Source: Clostridia bacterium (lineage in GTDB: Bacteria > Bacillota > Clostridia > Oscillospirales > CAG-272). Taken from it: a DNA stretch of 64,000 bases. Shown here piece by piece: positions 19,142-29,622 of the stretch (position 1 is the stretch's first letter; each line of letters begins with the position of its first letter). The notes under the pieces are model-generated. The model had not been told where the DNA came from, ran no database searches, and saw only the letters and a list, made by a program, of their open reading frames with translations. Position numbers and translations under genes: made by a program. The stretch is taken from the NCBI GenBank assembly GCA_017501545.1, contig JAFVWS010000004.1, positions 10,515-74,514 of the forward strand, read 5' to 3'.

Positions 19142-20935
19142 ATGACTATCTTAATAAGAACGGAAGACGAAGTTAGAGATTCGGCTAAAATTTTGTTAGG
19201 TTTTGATAAAATAGAAAAAGATATAAAACAAGGAACTGGGCAGATAACGACGTTTAATCAATTAGGATTTAAGGGTAATAACAACAAGCCTGATGGTTGG
19301 TATTTGCCTGCAAATAAAACCTTACCTGCTATAATTTTAGAAACAAAGTCTGAAAATGAAGATATTTCTTTGCAAAAGTGGGTTGATGAGTTAAATAAGA
19401 ATTGTAATATTGTTTTAACCAAATATGAGCATGTAGTAGGAATTTTATATAATGGTATAGATATTCGTGTTTTTAAGGACAACGTGGAAGTAAACGGACT
19501 TTCTGATATATTACAAGATAAAAGCTACTATATTGAGCTTTTTACAAAAAACACTATAGACAAGCAAAAAATTTACAATTTAACAAAAAGAATAAATGAT
19601 TGTTTACATACAGAGTTTGGTATTAAAAATTTATATCATAGAATGATTTTTACGGCGTGTGCTTTGGTAGCAAAGAGATATGGTGCTATGCTTATTAAAG
19701 ATATGAGTTTTTCTTTAATGAAAAATTCTATTTTAAGCACCCTAAATAAATCATTGGAAGAAAGTAGAAAACAAAACTTAAAACTTGATTTATTGACGGA
19801 AGTTTATGCCGAAATTAAAATGAATAATACGACTAATCAAGAAGCAATAAATAATTTTATTGTTTGGGTTTCTGAAATTTCAGAGTGTGTTAATTCAGAT
19901 TATTGGAATGGCGAAGACGTAATGGGTATTTTCTTCAATGAATTTAACCGTTATAAAGGTAAGTCGGAATCCGGACAAGTATTTACCCCTGACCATATTA
20001 CGTCTTTTATGTATCGCCTGATTGGTGTAAATCAAAATGATAAAGTATTGGATGCTGCTTGTGGCTCGGGCGCATTCCTTGTTAAAGCGATGTGCAATAT
20101 GATGAAGGAAGCGGGTGGTGTAAAAACTAAAAAAGCTGGACAAATAAAAGAATCACAATTATTCGGTATAGAATTTGATAGAGAAATTTTTGCTCTTGCT
20201 TGTGCTAATATGTTGATTCATAAAGACGGAAAAACGAATTTAGAGCATTTGGATAGTAGAACCTTAGAAGCTTGCGAATGGATTAGAAGTAAGAAAATTA
20301 CAAAAGTTCTTATGAATCCACCGTTTGAAACAAAATATGGGTGTTTGACTATTGTTGATAACGTGTTAAAAAATGTGCCACAAAACACAAAGTGCGCTTT
20401 CATTTTACCTGATAAAAAATTGGAGAAAGATAGTAGGGGTAAAAAAATATTAAAGCATAGCACTCTTGAAAAGATTATAAAGTTGCCTGAAAAAGTATTT
20501 TCAGAAGGGGTAACAACTTCAATTTTTATATTCACAGCAGGTGTTCCACAAAACAACAAAGAAATATTTGCTTGCTATATTGAAGATGACGGGTTGGAAA
20601 CCGTAAAAAATCAAGGACGTCAAGATATTAAGGATAAATGGCAGGATATTGAAGATTTGTGGATAGATGTTATACATAAACAGTCAGGACACGAAACAAT
20701 ACAGTGGGTAAAACCAAGCGAACATTTAAGTTATCAAATGCCTGAAATTCCTTTTGAAATTTCAGAAGAAGACTTTACCAAAACAATAATGGATTACTTA
20801 ATGTTTAAAGACGGCATTGACGTTAAAGAATTTAATGAAGCTTTAATGAAAAAAGTTTTATATAACAGCGAAGTTAAACAAGAGAAAGAAAAAATTGTTA
20901 TTACATTAAAAGGGGTAAATAATGAGCAAAATTGA
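19142..20935 (+). CDS. Fused restriction endonuclease / N6-adenine methyltransferase (type IIB/IIG, BcgI-alpha-like)
   Basis: N-terminal PDGWY...ILETK (PD-ExK nuclease); GQVFTP, VLDAACGSGAFL (motif I), MNPPF (motif IV). Confidence 0.85.
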   Translation: MTILIRTEDEVRDSAKILLGFDKIEKDIKQGTGQITTFNQLGFKGNNNKPDGWYLPANKTLPAIILETKSENEDISLQKWVDELNKNCNIVLTKYEHVVGILYNGIDIRVFKDNVEVNGLSDILQDKSYYIELFTKNTIDKQKIYNLTKRINDCLHTEFGIKNLYHRMIFTACALVAKRYGAMLIKDMSFSLMKNSILSTLNKSLEESRKQNLKLDLLTEVYAEIKMNNTTNQEAINNFIVWVSEISECVNSDYWNGEDVMGIFFNEFNRYKGKSESGQVFTPDHITSFMYRLIGVNQNDKVLDAACGSGAFLVKAMCNMMKEAGGVKTKKAGQIKESQLFGIEFDREIFALACANMLIHKDGKTNLEHLDSRTLEACEWIRSKKITKVLMNPPFETKYGCLTIVDNVLKNVPQNTKCAFILPDKKLEKDSRGKKILKHSTLEKIIKLPEKVFSEGVTTSIFIFTAGVPQNNKEIFACYIEDDGLETVKNQGRQDIKDKWQDIEDLWIDVIHKQSGHETIQWVKPSEHLSYQMPEIPFEISEEDFTKTIMDYLMFKDGIDVKEFNEALMKKVLYNSEVKQEKEKIVITLKGVNNEQN

Positions 20936-21467
20936 TACGACGCAGTGGAAAGAGTTTGAGATAGGAAAGTTGTTTTATAAAGTAGAATTAAAAACAAAAA
21001 AAGAATTTAATAAAGCAACAGACGTTTCTCTTATAAAAACTGAAGAGTTTTCATTGCCTCTTGTAAATGCAAAAGATGGTAATAATGGTATAATGTATTA
21101 TGGTAGAGAGTCAGATTTTGAGTTTGAGGAAATGTGTTTAGATATTGTGAGTGATGGGGCGGTATCAACAGGCAATGTTTATGCTCAACCACAAAAAACT
21201 GGTGTTTTATATAATGCATATTTAATAAAAAGTTATTATCCAAAAATGAGCGAAAAATGTTTGCTGTTTTTAGCAACGATTATACAAAAAACAATAAAAC
21301 AAAAATATGGATACGAAAATAAAGCTGGATGGTCAAAAGTAAAAGATGAAAAAATAAAGCTACCTGTTGACATTGATGGCAACCCAAATTTTGCATATAT
21401 GGAAGAATATATGCAAAATTTGGAAATTGAGGTTAATTCTTCGTTACGTCTCTTTCTTCTTGTGTGA
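20922..21467 (+). CDS. R-M specificity subunit (single TRD, BcgI-beta/HsdS-like)
   Basis: WKEFEIGKLF...LPLVNAKDGNNGI...KYGYENKA...IKLPVD..GNPNFAYMEEYM; overlaps end of upstream gene. Confidence 0.8.
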   Translation: MSKIDTTQWKEFEIGKLFYKVELKTKKEFNKATDVSLIKTEEFSLPLVNAKDGNNGIMYYGRESDFEFEEMCLDIVSDGAVSTGNVYAQPQKTGVLYNAYLIKSYYPKMSEKCLLFLATIIQKTIKQKYGYENKAGWSKVKDEKIKLPVDIDGNPNFAYMEEYMQNLEIEVNSSLRLFLLV

Positions 21468-21712
21468 CTATTTCGCTTCTATACTGTATAATGGAACATT
21501 AAAGCGTAAGACTAAAAAGATTCATAAAAAACCAGCCATTGTGGTTGGTTTTGCTTTCAACCCCAAAACAATCTTTAGAATCTTTTAATACTAAAAATCG
21601 CTATAAAAAGCTTGATTTTTTGGCTTGGTTTGGTACAACTTGCGACAGCTTTCTTTTGGTACTCAAAAAAACCACCCTTTACCTTGATTGGTATAAGGGT
21701 GGTTTTATTCGC

Positions 21713-22480
21713 TTACTTTAAAAGGCTTTTGCCTTCCCATTCCGCATCAGGATAAACGCCGAGAAGGTTTGTTACTGTTGGGGCGATATCCTTAATGCTT
21801 GCATCTTTAAAATCAATCTCGATTTTTTCATTTTTGCTTAACACCATAATAGGGATAATCATATCCTCGTTAAGCTCCGTGCCGTGGGTTCTATCGTGCC
21901 CACCGTGGTCTGCTGTTACTATAATCACGTAATCCTCGGGAAGCTTATCATATAGCTTTGTGATGTTAGCAAAGCTATTTTCCATAGCAGCCATATATTG
22001 TTCACTCATCCAACCGTAGTTGTGGCCTGCCATGTCCGTGTATCCTAAATAAAGGAATGTAAAATCCGTTTCATTTTTTGTAAGATAATCAACTGCTGCG
22101 TCTGTTATTATGTCGTTAGCCTTATCGTAGCCATATAGTCTACCCTTGCAAAAATATGAAAAGGCAAGAGAATTTGGCCTTGATAAATCTCTTATTTCCT
22201 CCCAGTTGTAAAAGAAGGCAGAGGTTTTTCTTGAGTTAAGCAAAACCTCACACAAGCCGTTTATTGGTCTTACGTTAGGAGTATAAACGTTGGTTGTTGT
22301 TCCATGACGAGAGGGGTCTACACTGTGGAAAAGAGACATATGACATGGTAGAGTAACAGATGGAGTTACTGTCCTTGCATTTAAAGTGTATTTTGAATTT
22401 TCCAAAAGATATTTGGCATTTTCTGTTTTGATAAGTGCGTCAGGACGCATACCGTCAACGATGGTTACTAAGATTTTCAT
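21713..22480 (-). CDS. Alkaline-phosphatase-superfamily nucleotide pyrophosphatase/phosphodiesterase
   Basis: VDGMRPD, PSVTLPCH, D.AGH, TADHGGH.RTHG. Confidence 0.88.
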   Translation of the reverse strand: MKILVTIVDGMRPDALIKTENAKYLLENSKYTLNARTVTPSVTLPCHMSLFHSVDPSRHGTTTNVYTPNVRPINGLCEVLLNSRKTSAFFYNWEEIRDLSRPNSLAFSYFCKGRLYGYDKANDIITDAAVDYLTKNETDFTFLYLGYTDMAGHNYGWMSEQYMAAMENSFANITKLYDKLPEDYVIIVTADHGGHDRTHGTELNEDMIIPIMVLSKNEKIEIDFKDASIKDIAPTVTNLLGVYPDAEWEGKSLLK

Positions 22481-22676
22481 ATTTAACTCCTCAAAATAAT
22501 TTTAATGAAAAACGGGTTAATAAGCACCCGGTATTTATCATATTATACCATACCTGAATTGAATAATCAATTCCAGATTTTCTTTAGTTGACATGCTTTT
22601 ATAGAGTTATAATTCTCTTGAAAACTATATTTTATTATGTTATACTATCTACAGAAATTACTATAAGGAGCGTTTA

Positions 22677-24932
22677 ATGAAAAGGATATTATTTTTATTA
22701 TCAATGCTTGTTATTTTTTCCTGCGCTTTAATTTCGTGTGGAAGCAAACAGTGTAGTCATGATTTTTCCCAAGCAACCTGTAAGGCTCCAAAAACATGTA
22801 CGCTTTGTGGAGAGACAGAGGGCGAAATAGGGACACACGTGTGGAAAAGCTCTAACTGCTCATTACCAACCACCTGTGAGATATGCGGTGCAACCAACGG
22901 CGAGGCTCCAGGGCACAGTTGGCCGTCATCATTTTGTACTAATGACAAGGTGTGCAGAGTTTGTGGCGAAATAGAGAAGGCAAAGGAGCACGTGTGGAAC
23001 ACAAACGAATGTGGAAGGGTCAAATTTTGTGTAGAGTGCGACTTTATAGGCGAAAAAACTGAGCATAATTGGGTGGAGGCCACCTGCGTTTCCCCCGAAT
23101 ATTGCACACATTGTGAAGAAATAAAAAAAGAAGCATTGGGCCACGATTGGAGCATAACCTCTTGCAAAAACCCCAAGGTGTGTCAAAGATGCAATGAGAC
23201 ATCAACCGAAGGCTTACCTCACAAGTGGGAGTTTAAAGGATGCGAGCTTGAAAGAGTGTGTAGCGTTTGCTCTCAAACGGAAGGTTTTGTGAACGGTCAT
23301 AAATGGGTAGAGGCAACGTGCGAAAGGGCGAAGTACTGTCAAATTTGTGGCAAGGTCGAGGGTGAACCCGCGCACAAGTGGCAGGAGGCGACCTGCTTGC
23401 TTGCTAAATCGTGCGTGAAATGTAAAAAAACGGTCGGAGAACCGTTAGGACATAATTGGGAGTTGACCTCATCAAGGGAGGCTCTTTGTGAGGACGGAAA
23501 AAACACGTACTCATGCGATAGATGCGATGAAAAAAGGTATGAATTTACCGAAGCGGCAATATACGGCTACCACATTTGCAATGCTGATGGACTTTGCACT
23601 CAATGCAATGAGAAATACGACACAAGCAAAATGTCGCTTGAATCCGTGCTGATAAAAAATGAGCATTCGGTTGAATTCTGTGGAATCTTTACAAGCTTAG
23701 AAGCGACCGTGGATATATATAAGCCCATAACCTACAAGGATGTTGGTATGCCTGTTGTTAATTTGGGAGGAAGCCTGCCAAGCGCAAAGGGTTATACAAA
23801 CGTGGTTGATTTCACGTATGAATCAGAGGAGCAAAGCTTCGTTTGTACGGCTGAAATAAAGGTGCAAGGCGCATCAAGTGCAGGAATGCCAAAGAAGAAC
23901 TTTAACATAAAGCTATTTGATTCTGACGGAACCAAAAACAAGGTTGAGCTGGTTGATGGCTGGGGCAAGGAAAACAAATATTGCCTAAAGGCAAACTATA
24001 TTGACTTCTCACAGTCAAGAAACGTAGTATCAGGCAAGATTTTTGGTGAAATTGTAAAATCAAGAAATGATGAATTAGCAAATACTCCAAATGGTGGAGC
24101 GATTGATGGCTATCCAATTTTAGTTTACAATAACGGCGTGTATCAGGGCGTTTATACTATGAACATTCCAAAGGATAAATGGATGTTTGATATGCACGAT
24201 AGCGACGAGAAAAATCAGGCTATATTTATGACAGAAACTTGGAATAATGCAGTTTCTTTTAGAGAGATTTCAACAAGTGGATTTGTCCTCGAATACGCAT
24301 CAAACGAGGATAGCTTAGTTGACAATAACACCCAGTGGGCGTACGATAGCATGCTTGATTTAATTGAGTTTGTTTATTATAACGATGGCGAGGACTTTAA
24401 AAACGGTATCCACCAGTATGCCGATGTTGATAAGTGCATTGACTCAATGCTGTACACCTTCTTCATTTGCGCAGATGACAACACAAGTAAAAACATACTT
24501 TGGGTCACACTTGACGGCAAGGTGTGGTTTAGCAGTATGTACGATATGGATGGAACGTGGGGTATGAGGTGGAATGGAAAAATTGAGTTCGACGAGAATA
24601 CCCATCCAATATCCGCACTTATAGACGGTAAGGGGCTGGCACCGGAAAGAAACCATTCTAATTTGAACCTCTTATGGGAAAGAATTTATGTAAACTACTA
24701 TGACCGCGTTGTTGAAAGATACTGGGAATTAAGACAGGATATTTTAACAGTAGAAAACATAACATATCACTTTGTCGATTTCTTTAATGCAATTCCTGAT
24801 ATAGTAAGAGTTGCAGAAAAGGAAAAGTGGACAGGAGTTCCTACACAAAATATCGACCACTTAGAGCAAATTTTAACCTATGCAAGAAAACGCATTGAGG
24901 TAATGGACAAAATCTTAGTGCCAAAGCAGTAA
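22677..24932 (+). CDS. Lipoprotein with Cys/His-rich repeats and C-terminal CotH kinase-like domain
   Basis: Lipobox ALISC; about nine H-x6-C-x5-C-x2-C units; KVQGASS...PKKNF.IKL, LKANYID.SQSRN, DNTSKN, YDMDGTWG. Confidence 0.8.
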   Translation: MKRILFLLSMLVIFSCALISCGSKQCSHDFSQATCKAPKTCTLCGETEGEIGTHVWKSSNCSLPTTCEICGATNGEAPGHSWPSSFCTNDKVCRVCGEIEKAKEHVWNTNECGRVKFCVECDFIGEKTEHNWVEATCVSPEYCTHCEEIKKEALGHDWSITSCKNPKVCQRCNETSTEGLPHKWEFKGCELERVCSVCSQTEGFVNGHKWVEATCERAKYCQICGKVEGEPAHKWQEATCLLAKSCVKCKKTVGEPLGHNWELTSSREALCEDGKNTYSCDRCDEKRYEFTEAAIYGYHICNADGLCTQCNEKYDTSKMSLESVLIKNEHSVEFCGIFTSLEATVDIYKPITYKDVGMPVVNLGGSLPSAKGYTNVVDFTYESEEQSFVCTAEIKVQGASSAGMPKKNFNIKLFDSDGTKNKVELVDGWGKENKYCLKANYIDFSQSRNVVSGKIFGEIVKSRNDELANTPNGGAIDGYPILVYNNGVYQGVYTMNIPKDKWMFDMHDSDEKNQAIFMTETWNNAVSFREISTSGFVLEYASNEDSLVDNNTQWAYDSMLDLIEFVYYNDGEDFKNGIHQYADVDKCIDSMLYTFFICADDNTSKNILWVTLDGKVWFSSMYDMDGTWGMRWNGKIEFDENTHPISALIDGKGLAPERNHSNLNLLWERIYVNYYDRVVERYWELRQDILTVENITYHFVDFFNAIPDIVRVAEKEKWTGVPTQNIDHLEQILTYARKRIEVMDKILVPKQ

Positions 24933-24966
24933 ATAAAAAAGCCGACACTTGGTCGGCTTTTTTTGT

Positions 24967-25800
24967 TTATTTATACCTTTTTCTATATTCATGTGGAGAG
25001 ATGCCAATATGCTTTTTAAAGATTTTGCTAAAGAAGTATTGGTCCTTATAGCCTGAGGATGCGCCAACTGCGTTAATTTCCATATTGGTGGTCAAGAGTA
25101 GGTCGCAGGCCTTACTAAGCCTTAAGTCAAGAATATACTTGTTTGGCGATTTTTTCATTTCCTTGGAAAATAGCGTTGTGTATCTTGAAATGCTAAGCCC
25201 TTCCATTTTTGCAAGATTAGGTATTTGTATTTTTTCAGTGTAATTTGCATGAATGTATTTAATAGATTTTTTAAATGTGCGATAGCCACTATTTCTTGCG
25301 CGCTCAATGGCTATTGTAAGTAAAATCTCTTCCAAAAGACAAGCTAATGAATATTGCAAAAACGGAGCGTTTGTCATATATTGCTCAATCATTTTATAAA
25401 ATAAGCCCTCAATTTTAGGAGAAAATTCGCTTTCAAATACATATGGCTCCAAGGAAAAGCCTAAATCTGTTAGGGTCTTTTCTGCGTGTGAGCCAGTAAA
25501 ATGCGCACATAAATATTTTGAGGGTGGCTCTCCCCAATAGCGATACTTATATTTTGGAGGATAAAGAACAACAGCGCCCTTTTTTAAGTGAAAAACGACA
25601 TCATTTATTTTTGTATTAAAAATGCCATCTGTGACATAGATTAAAAAATAATCATCTCTACCGTAACAGTTATAAGTATCATATGCATATAACTCATTCT
25701 CAAAGCAATCGGATGTATAATTGACAATCAAGGGGTATTCATTAGACTGGTTGCTTTTAGAGTTTAAAATTTCCTTGTTTCTAAATCGCAATTTGTTCAA
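24967..25800 (-). CDS. AraC-family regulator (copy 1)
   Basis: Cupin N-terminus (GRDDYFLIYV.DG, HFTG); C-terminal double HTH (GYKDQYFFSKIFKKHIGISP.EYR); TTG start after GGAGG. Confidence 0.93.
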   Translation of the reverse strand: MNKLRFRNKEILNSKSNQSNEYPLIVNYTSDCFENELYAYDTYNCYGRDDYFLIYVTDGIFNTKINDVVFHLKKGAVVLYPPKYKYRYWGEPPSKYLCAHFTGSHAEKTLTDLGFSLEPYVFESEFSPKIEGLFYKMIEQYMTNAPFLQYSLACLLEEILLTIAIERARNSGYRTFKKSIKYIHANYTEKIQIPNLAKMEGLSISRYTTLFSKEMKKSPNKYILDLRLSKACDLLLTTNMEINAVGASSGYKDQYFFSKIFKKHIGISPHEYRKRYK

Positions 25801-25833
25801 TCAAAAACCTCCTTGTAATTCAAAAATAGTATA

Positions 25834-25910
25834 ATAATACAAATTTTCAAAAAGATAATCTATTTACATAACACCATAATTATTATAAAATATAAATATG
25901 GAATTGTCAA
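25834..25910. promoter_or_regulatory. Overlapping divergent promoters with AraC-type direct repeat (cassette 1)
   Basis: ATAATAC(25834)/ATAATCT(25855), 21-bp period; + TTTACA(25863)-17-TAAAAT(25886); - TTGACA(25910)-17-TATAAT(25887). Confidence 0.65.
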
Positions 25911-25972
25911 TAACAATATGGAATGCTTGCTATTAAATTGGCAAAAACCACAAAAATGAAAGGAGATAAAAA

Positions 25973-28900
25973 ATGAAAAAGAAATTATTATTTGTTCTTT
26001 TTGCGACTCTTTTGACATTTGTATTTGCGCTTTGTGTAAGCGCGGCAACAACTGTAACTCCAGCAAGTGATGAGCTTGGAGATTGTGTAATTAATGGAGA
26101 GGTGGTAGATGTGCCAGTTACACAGGGCATGTCCTATACCGTGCTTGATGAGGAGGCTAAAACTGTGGCGCTTTCCTCACGCGGTAGCACAGATAGTTTT
26201 ACAGGCGCTGTTGTAATTCCATCTACAATTAAAATTGATGGTGTTGACTATACAGTTACTGTGACTAATCCAAGCGTGTTTGCAAGCACATCAATTACAA
26301 AGGCATATGTGCCAGACACAGTTGTAGAAATGAAGGGCGAAACCTGGGGAAACGACAATGGTACCTTTGCAAACTGCTTTTACCTTAGTGAGGTTTATAT
26401 CGGTACAGGCATTAAGATTCTTGGTCGTTTTATATTTACAAGCATCGGCAAGAGCTCACCAGTTAAGGTATTTAACGTAGCTGGTCAGGTACAGGAGCTT
26501 GGCGAATATTGCTTTAACGCTGCTAACTTTGCAGATGACTGTCAAATCACCTTTGACTCCAGCGATATGAGAATAATTGGACCAAGAGTATTTGATAACG
26601 GCTCAAAGTCACTAAAGAGAATTGATTCCCACAAGCTTGAGTCTATCGGTGAAAGAGGCTTTGCATCCTCTAAGAGCCTTGAATATATCTTAATTCCTGA
26701 ATATTGTACTGTTGGCTTGTACGCCTTTAATGGTACAGATAATCTCCAAACAGCTATAATTCTTTGTGCTGAGGACGAGGTTAAAGAGATTCCAAAGGAA
26801 ATGTTCAGCTCAGGTACAAGCGGCTACAAAACTAATATTTATATTAGAGGTAGAGTATTAGCTACTGATTGGGCTGTTTTACCAGGCAGAGCCTTCAATA
26901 TCTATATGGACTCATATGAAACTGCAAAATATTTTGCAGATTCAATTATGAAATATCAACACAACAGAATAGCAAATGGTACGTGGTATTTCTGTACTCC
27001 ATACAATGATAGCTATTGCTTCTTAGCAAATAGTAGCTTTACTTTAACCGCAAAATCAGACGTAACTGAGCCACCACACGTAGCTATTTATAACGTAGGC
27101 GTTGAAACACCAGCAACCTGTAACCAATATGCAGGTATCGGTGATATTTGTGAGGTTTGTGGTGTATACTTTAATCTAACGCAAACAGGTAACGAGTATG
27201 ACGAAAACGCCCATAACTACGTTTTCAAAAGCCATACTGATCCACAATGCATAGAAGCAGGTGTAGATGTTTATGAGTGTGTTTATTGTAAGGAAACAAG
27301 AGAGGAAGTAATTCCTGCTTTGGGTCATGACTATCTACAGGAAATAGTTTCACCAACATGCTCACGTATTGGTTATACAAACAACGTGTGCAAGCGTTGT
27401 GATTATTCAAAAATCACAGATAAGGTAGACACTATTCCTCACAGCTACTTAGGTGAAAACATTGTCCTTGACGGAGTTAATGTTTCGTACGACACAATTT
27501 GTAAGTATTGTGGCGCACCCGGTGGCCGCACAGAAACAACACTTATAAACAAATGCTATATTGAGGGCTACGGCATTTTTGATGCAACGCTTGAGTATCT
27601 AAGCATCTCGGCAGATGGAACAGTTACACCATCTAACGTAGCATTTGATAACGCAGTAATTTACTTCCCATCTTATGTTGAAATTGGTGGTAGCATAGTT
27701 GAAATTAAGACAATTTCGGGCTTTAAGGATAAATCAATAAAGAGTATTTATATACCAGATACAGTTACAAGAATTGCAAGTAACGCCTTTGAAAGAGTAT
27801 ATAATCTTAAAAATATTGTTGTTGGTAAGGGCGTTAGTGAGCTTGAATCATCTGTATTCAATATGAACAATCAAAATGTATATCTTGATGAGTTTATATT
27901 TACTGGCACAATTGAAAAGCTACAGACACGCTCTCTTGCACGTGTATGTGCTTCCTCAAGTAGTATTCCTTATCAGTTTAATACACGCTTAACCTATGTA
28001 GGCGCTTATGTTTCTGTTAGCAACAGAGATGGCGGAAATATTTTAAGAGAGGTTTATATCACAAATGAATGTGATTTAAGCGAAAAATTCGGCTTCAATG
28101 GTTCAAACGGCTTAAAGCGTGCATACATTGAGGGTGGTGCAACTGCTGAAACAGCTAAGGAGATTACTCAAGAGCTATTTAGTGGAGATGCAAATGGACT
28201 TGAAATTTTAGTTAAGGGCTACATAAAAGCAACAGGTCAGGCTGTGTTGCCAACCAGTGGTGCGCTTATATTCTTCAAAACTCTTGACGAGGCTAAGTTC
28301 TTTGCCGCATCTGTAAATGCACAACCTATTAATGACAGAGCTACAAAATCCGGTTGGTATATTTGTGACGAATATTCAGAAAGCGAAACAAGAAGATTTA
28401 TTATTGACAATTACACATCCGACCCAGAAACTCTCACCTTCAAAAGACAGGATGGAAATTATTTCTATCATGTAGGTGAGGTTACAGTAGAGGGCGCAAC
28501 CTGTACACAGGGTGGTACAGAAACTGGTTCATGCTTCCTATGTGGCACTGTGCTTGCAACCTCAACCTCTGAGTCATTACCACACAACTATGATGGCGGT
28601 GTATTTACATTGGTTCCAAACTGTCGCGAGTTAGGCACAGTAAAATATACCTGCCTTGACTGTGGCGATGAGGTTTATGTTACAACAGGCTATGACCTAA
28701 GTGGTCACGTGCTTGATATCGTTTTGGATATAGTCTTCAAAAATGGATATTATGAAAAGGGCACACATATAAGAGAGTGCTCTGTATGCCACGAGGTAAT
28801 AGAGGAGGAAACATCATCCTTCCCAGTATTATTCACTTGCCTAGGCTACTCATTTGCAGAAAACGGCAATGGTGGAATTTCAATAGGCTATAACGTAAAT

Positions 28901-29245
28901 AAGGATGCTATTTCAGAGTATGAAAGAATAACAGGTGTTGAGGTTTCATACGGCTTGTTTGCAGGCACAAAGGCTGGTCTTGGTACAAATGACGTAATAG
29001 GCGAAAACGGCAAGGCTGTTGCTGGCGCAATAACAGCAGGATTTGATGGCAGTGAATATTCATATATGTTCATTAAAATGTTCGGCTTCAATGAAGATAA
29101 CAAGGATACACTCTTTGCAATCGGCGCTTACGTGAAAATAGTAACGGCTGACAAAAAGGAGTATCATTACCTTCAAGCAGACGCACCAAAGGACGATGAA
29201 AAATATTCGTTTGTCAGGTATAGCGACTTCGTAAAACAAGCATAA
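25973..29245 (+). CDS. Secreted BspA-LRR surface protein with Cys-rich linkers and conserved C-terminal module
   Basis: Signal peptide ending VSA; two LRR blocks; CxxC/His repeats; LFTCLGYS...FIKMFGF...IGAYV...YSDF C-terminus. Confidence 0.85.
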   Translation: MKKKLLFVLFATLLTFVFALCVSAATTVTPASDELGDCVINGEVVDVPVTQGMSYTVLDEEAKTVALSSRGSTDSFTGAVVIPSTIKIDGVDYTVTVTNPSVFASTSITKAYVPDTVVEMKGETWGNDNGTFANCFYLSEVYIGTGIKILGRFIFTSIGKSSPVKVFNVAGQVQELGEYCFNAANFADDCQITFDSSDMRIIGPRVFDNGSKSLKRIDSHKLESIGERGFASSKSLEYILIPEYCTVGLYAFNGTDNLQTAIILCAEDEVKEIPKEMFSSGTSGYKTNIYIRGRVLATDWAVLPGRAFNIYMDSYETAKYFADSIMKYQHNRIANGTWYFCTPYNDSYCFLANSSFTLTAKSDVTEPPHVAIYNVGVETPATCNQYAGIGDICEVCGVYFNLTQTGNEYDENAHNYVFKSHTDPQCIEAGVDVYECVYCKETREEVIPALGHDYLQEIVSPTCSRIGYTNNVCKRCDYSKITDKVDTIPHSYLGENIVLDGVNVSYDTICKYCGAPGGRTETTLINKCYIEGYGIFDATLEYLSISADGTVTPSNVAFDNAVIYFPSYVEIGGSIVEIKTISGFKDKSIKSIYIPDTVTRIASNAFERVYNLKNIVVGKGVSELESSVFNMNNQNVYLDEFIFTGTIEKLQTRSLARVCASSSSIPYQFNTRLTYVGAYVSVSNRDGGNILREVYITNECDLSEKFGFNGSNGLKRAYIEGGATAETAKEITQELFSGDANGLEILVKGYIKATGQAVLPTSGALIFFKTLDEAKFFAASVNAQPINDRATKSGWYICDEYSESETRRFIIDNYTSDPETLTFKRQDGNYFYHVGEVTVEGATCTQGGTETGSCFLCGTVLATSTSESLPHNYDGGVFTLVPNCRELGTVKYTCLDCGDEVYVTTGYDLSGHVLDIVLDIVFKNGYYEKGTHIRECSVCHEVIEEETSSFPVLFTCLGYSFAENGNGGISIGYNVNKDAISEYERITGVEVSYGLFAGTKAGLGTNDVIGENGKAVAGAITAGFDGSEYSYMFIKMFGFNEDNKDTLFAIGAYVKIVTADKKEYHYLQADAPKDDEKYSFVRYSDFVKQA

Positions 29246-29420
29246 AAGCAATAAAAACAGTGTGCGATGTTCTTAGCGGAGAATTAAAAAAACACTTCTA
29301 AGTGCGAGCATCGCATTTGACAGTTCAAACACTCTATGGGCTAAGCCCAAACCCATATTTACAAACAGAAAGAGAGAACAAAACGGTTTAATCGCCGAAA
29401 TGTCCTCTCTTTTTTCTGTT

Positions 29421-29622
29421 AGTGAAGTTTTCGCTGCCGCGAAAGTGAAGTTGCTATGCAGTGAAGTTTGCGCTACGCACAAGTGAAGTTAAGTTTGCCC
29501 ATCACTTCGCCATCAGGCGAAACTTCACTCACAAAGTGAACTTCACTATCGAAGATAACTTCACTTGCCCGTAAGGGCAAACTTAGTTAGCGTGAATACT
29601 CCGTTAAGAGTATCACGCTAAC
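29421..29622. repeat. Structured intergenic repeat: 4x AGTGAAGTT then 3x AACTTCACT, with interleaved hairpins
   Basis: AGTGAAGTT at 29421, 29444, 29460, 29482; AACTTCACT at 29521, 29539, 29557; AAGTTTGCCC/GGGCAAACTT pair; terminal hairpin 29586-29622. Confidence 0.85.

Larger units (their letters stand above)
17690..21710. mobile_element. AT-rich defence-island-like insertion downstream of lysS (no integrase seen)
   Basis: Visibly AT-richer codons than flanking core genes; carries DUF4062, XRE and restriction-modification genes; boundaries approximate. Confidence 0.55.

Noticed and set aside
21440-21710. attR duplicate of the lysS 3' end at the island's right border
   Set aside because: No copy of ttcccaacaatgaaa found by eye; only terminator-like hairpins
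29421-29565. CRISPR array
   Set aside because: Repeats are only 9 bp, spacers 7-14 bp and self-complementary, orientation flips midway, no cas genes
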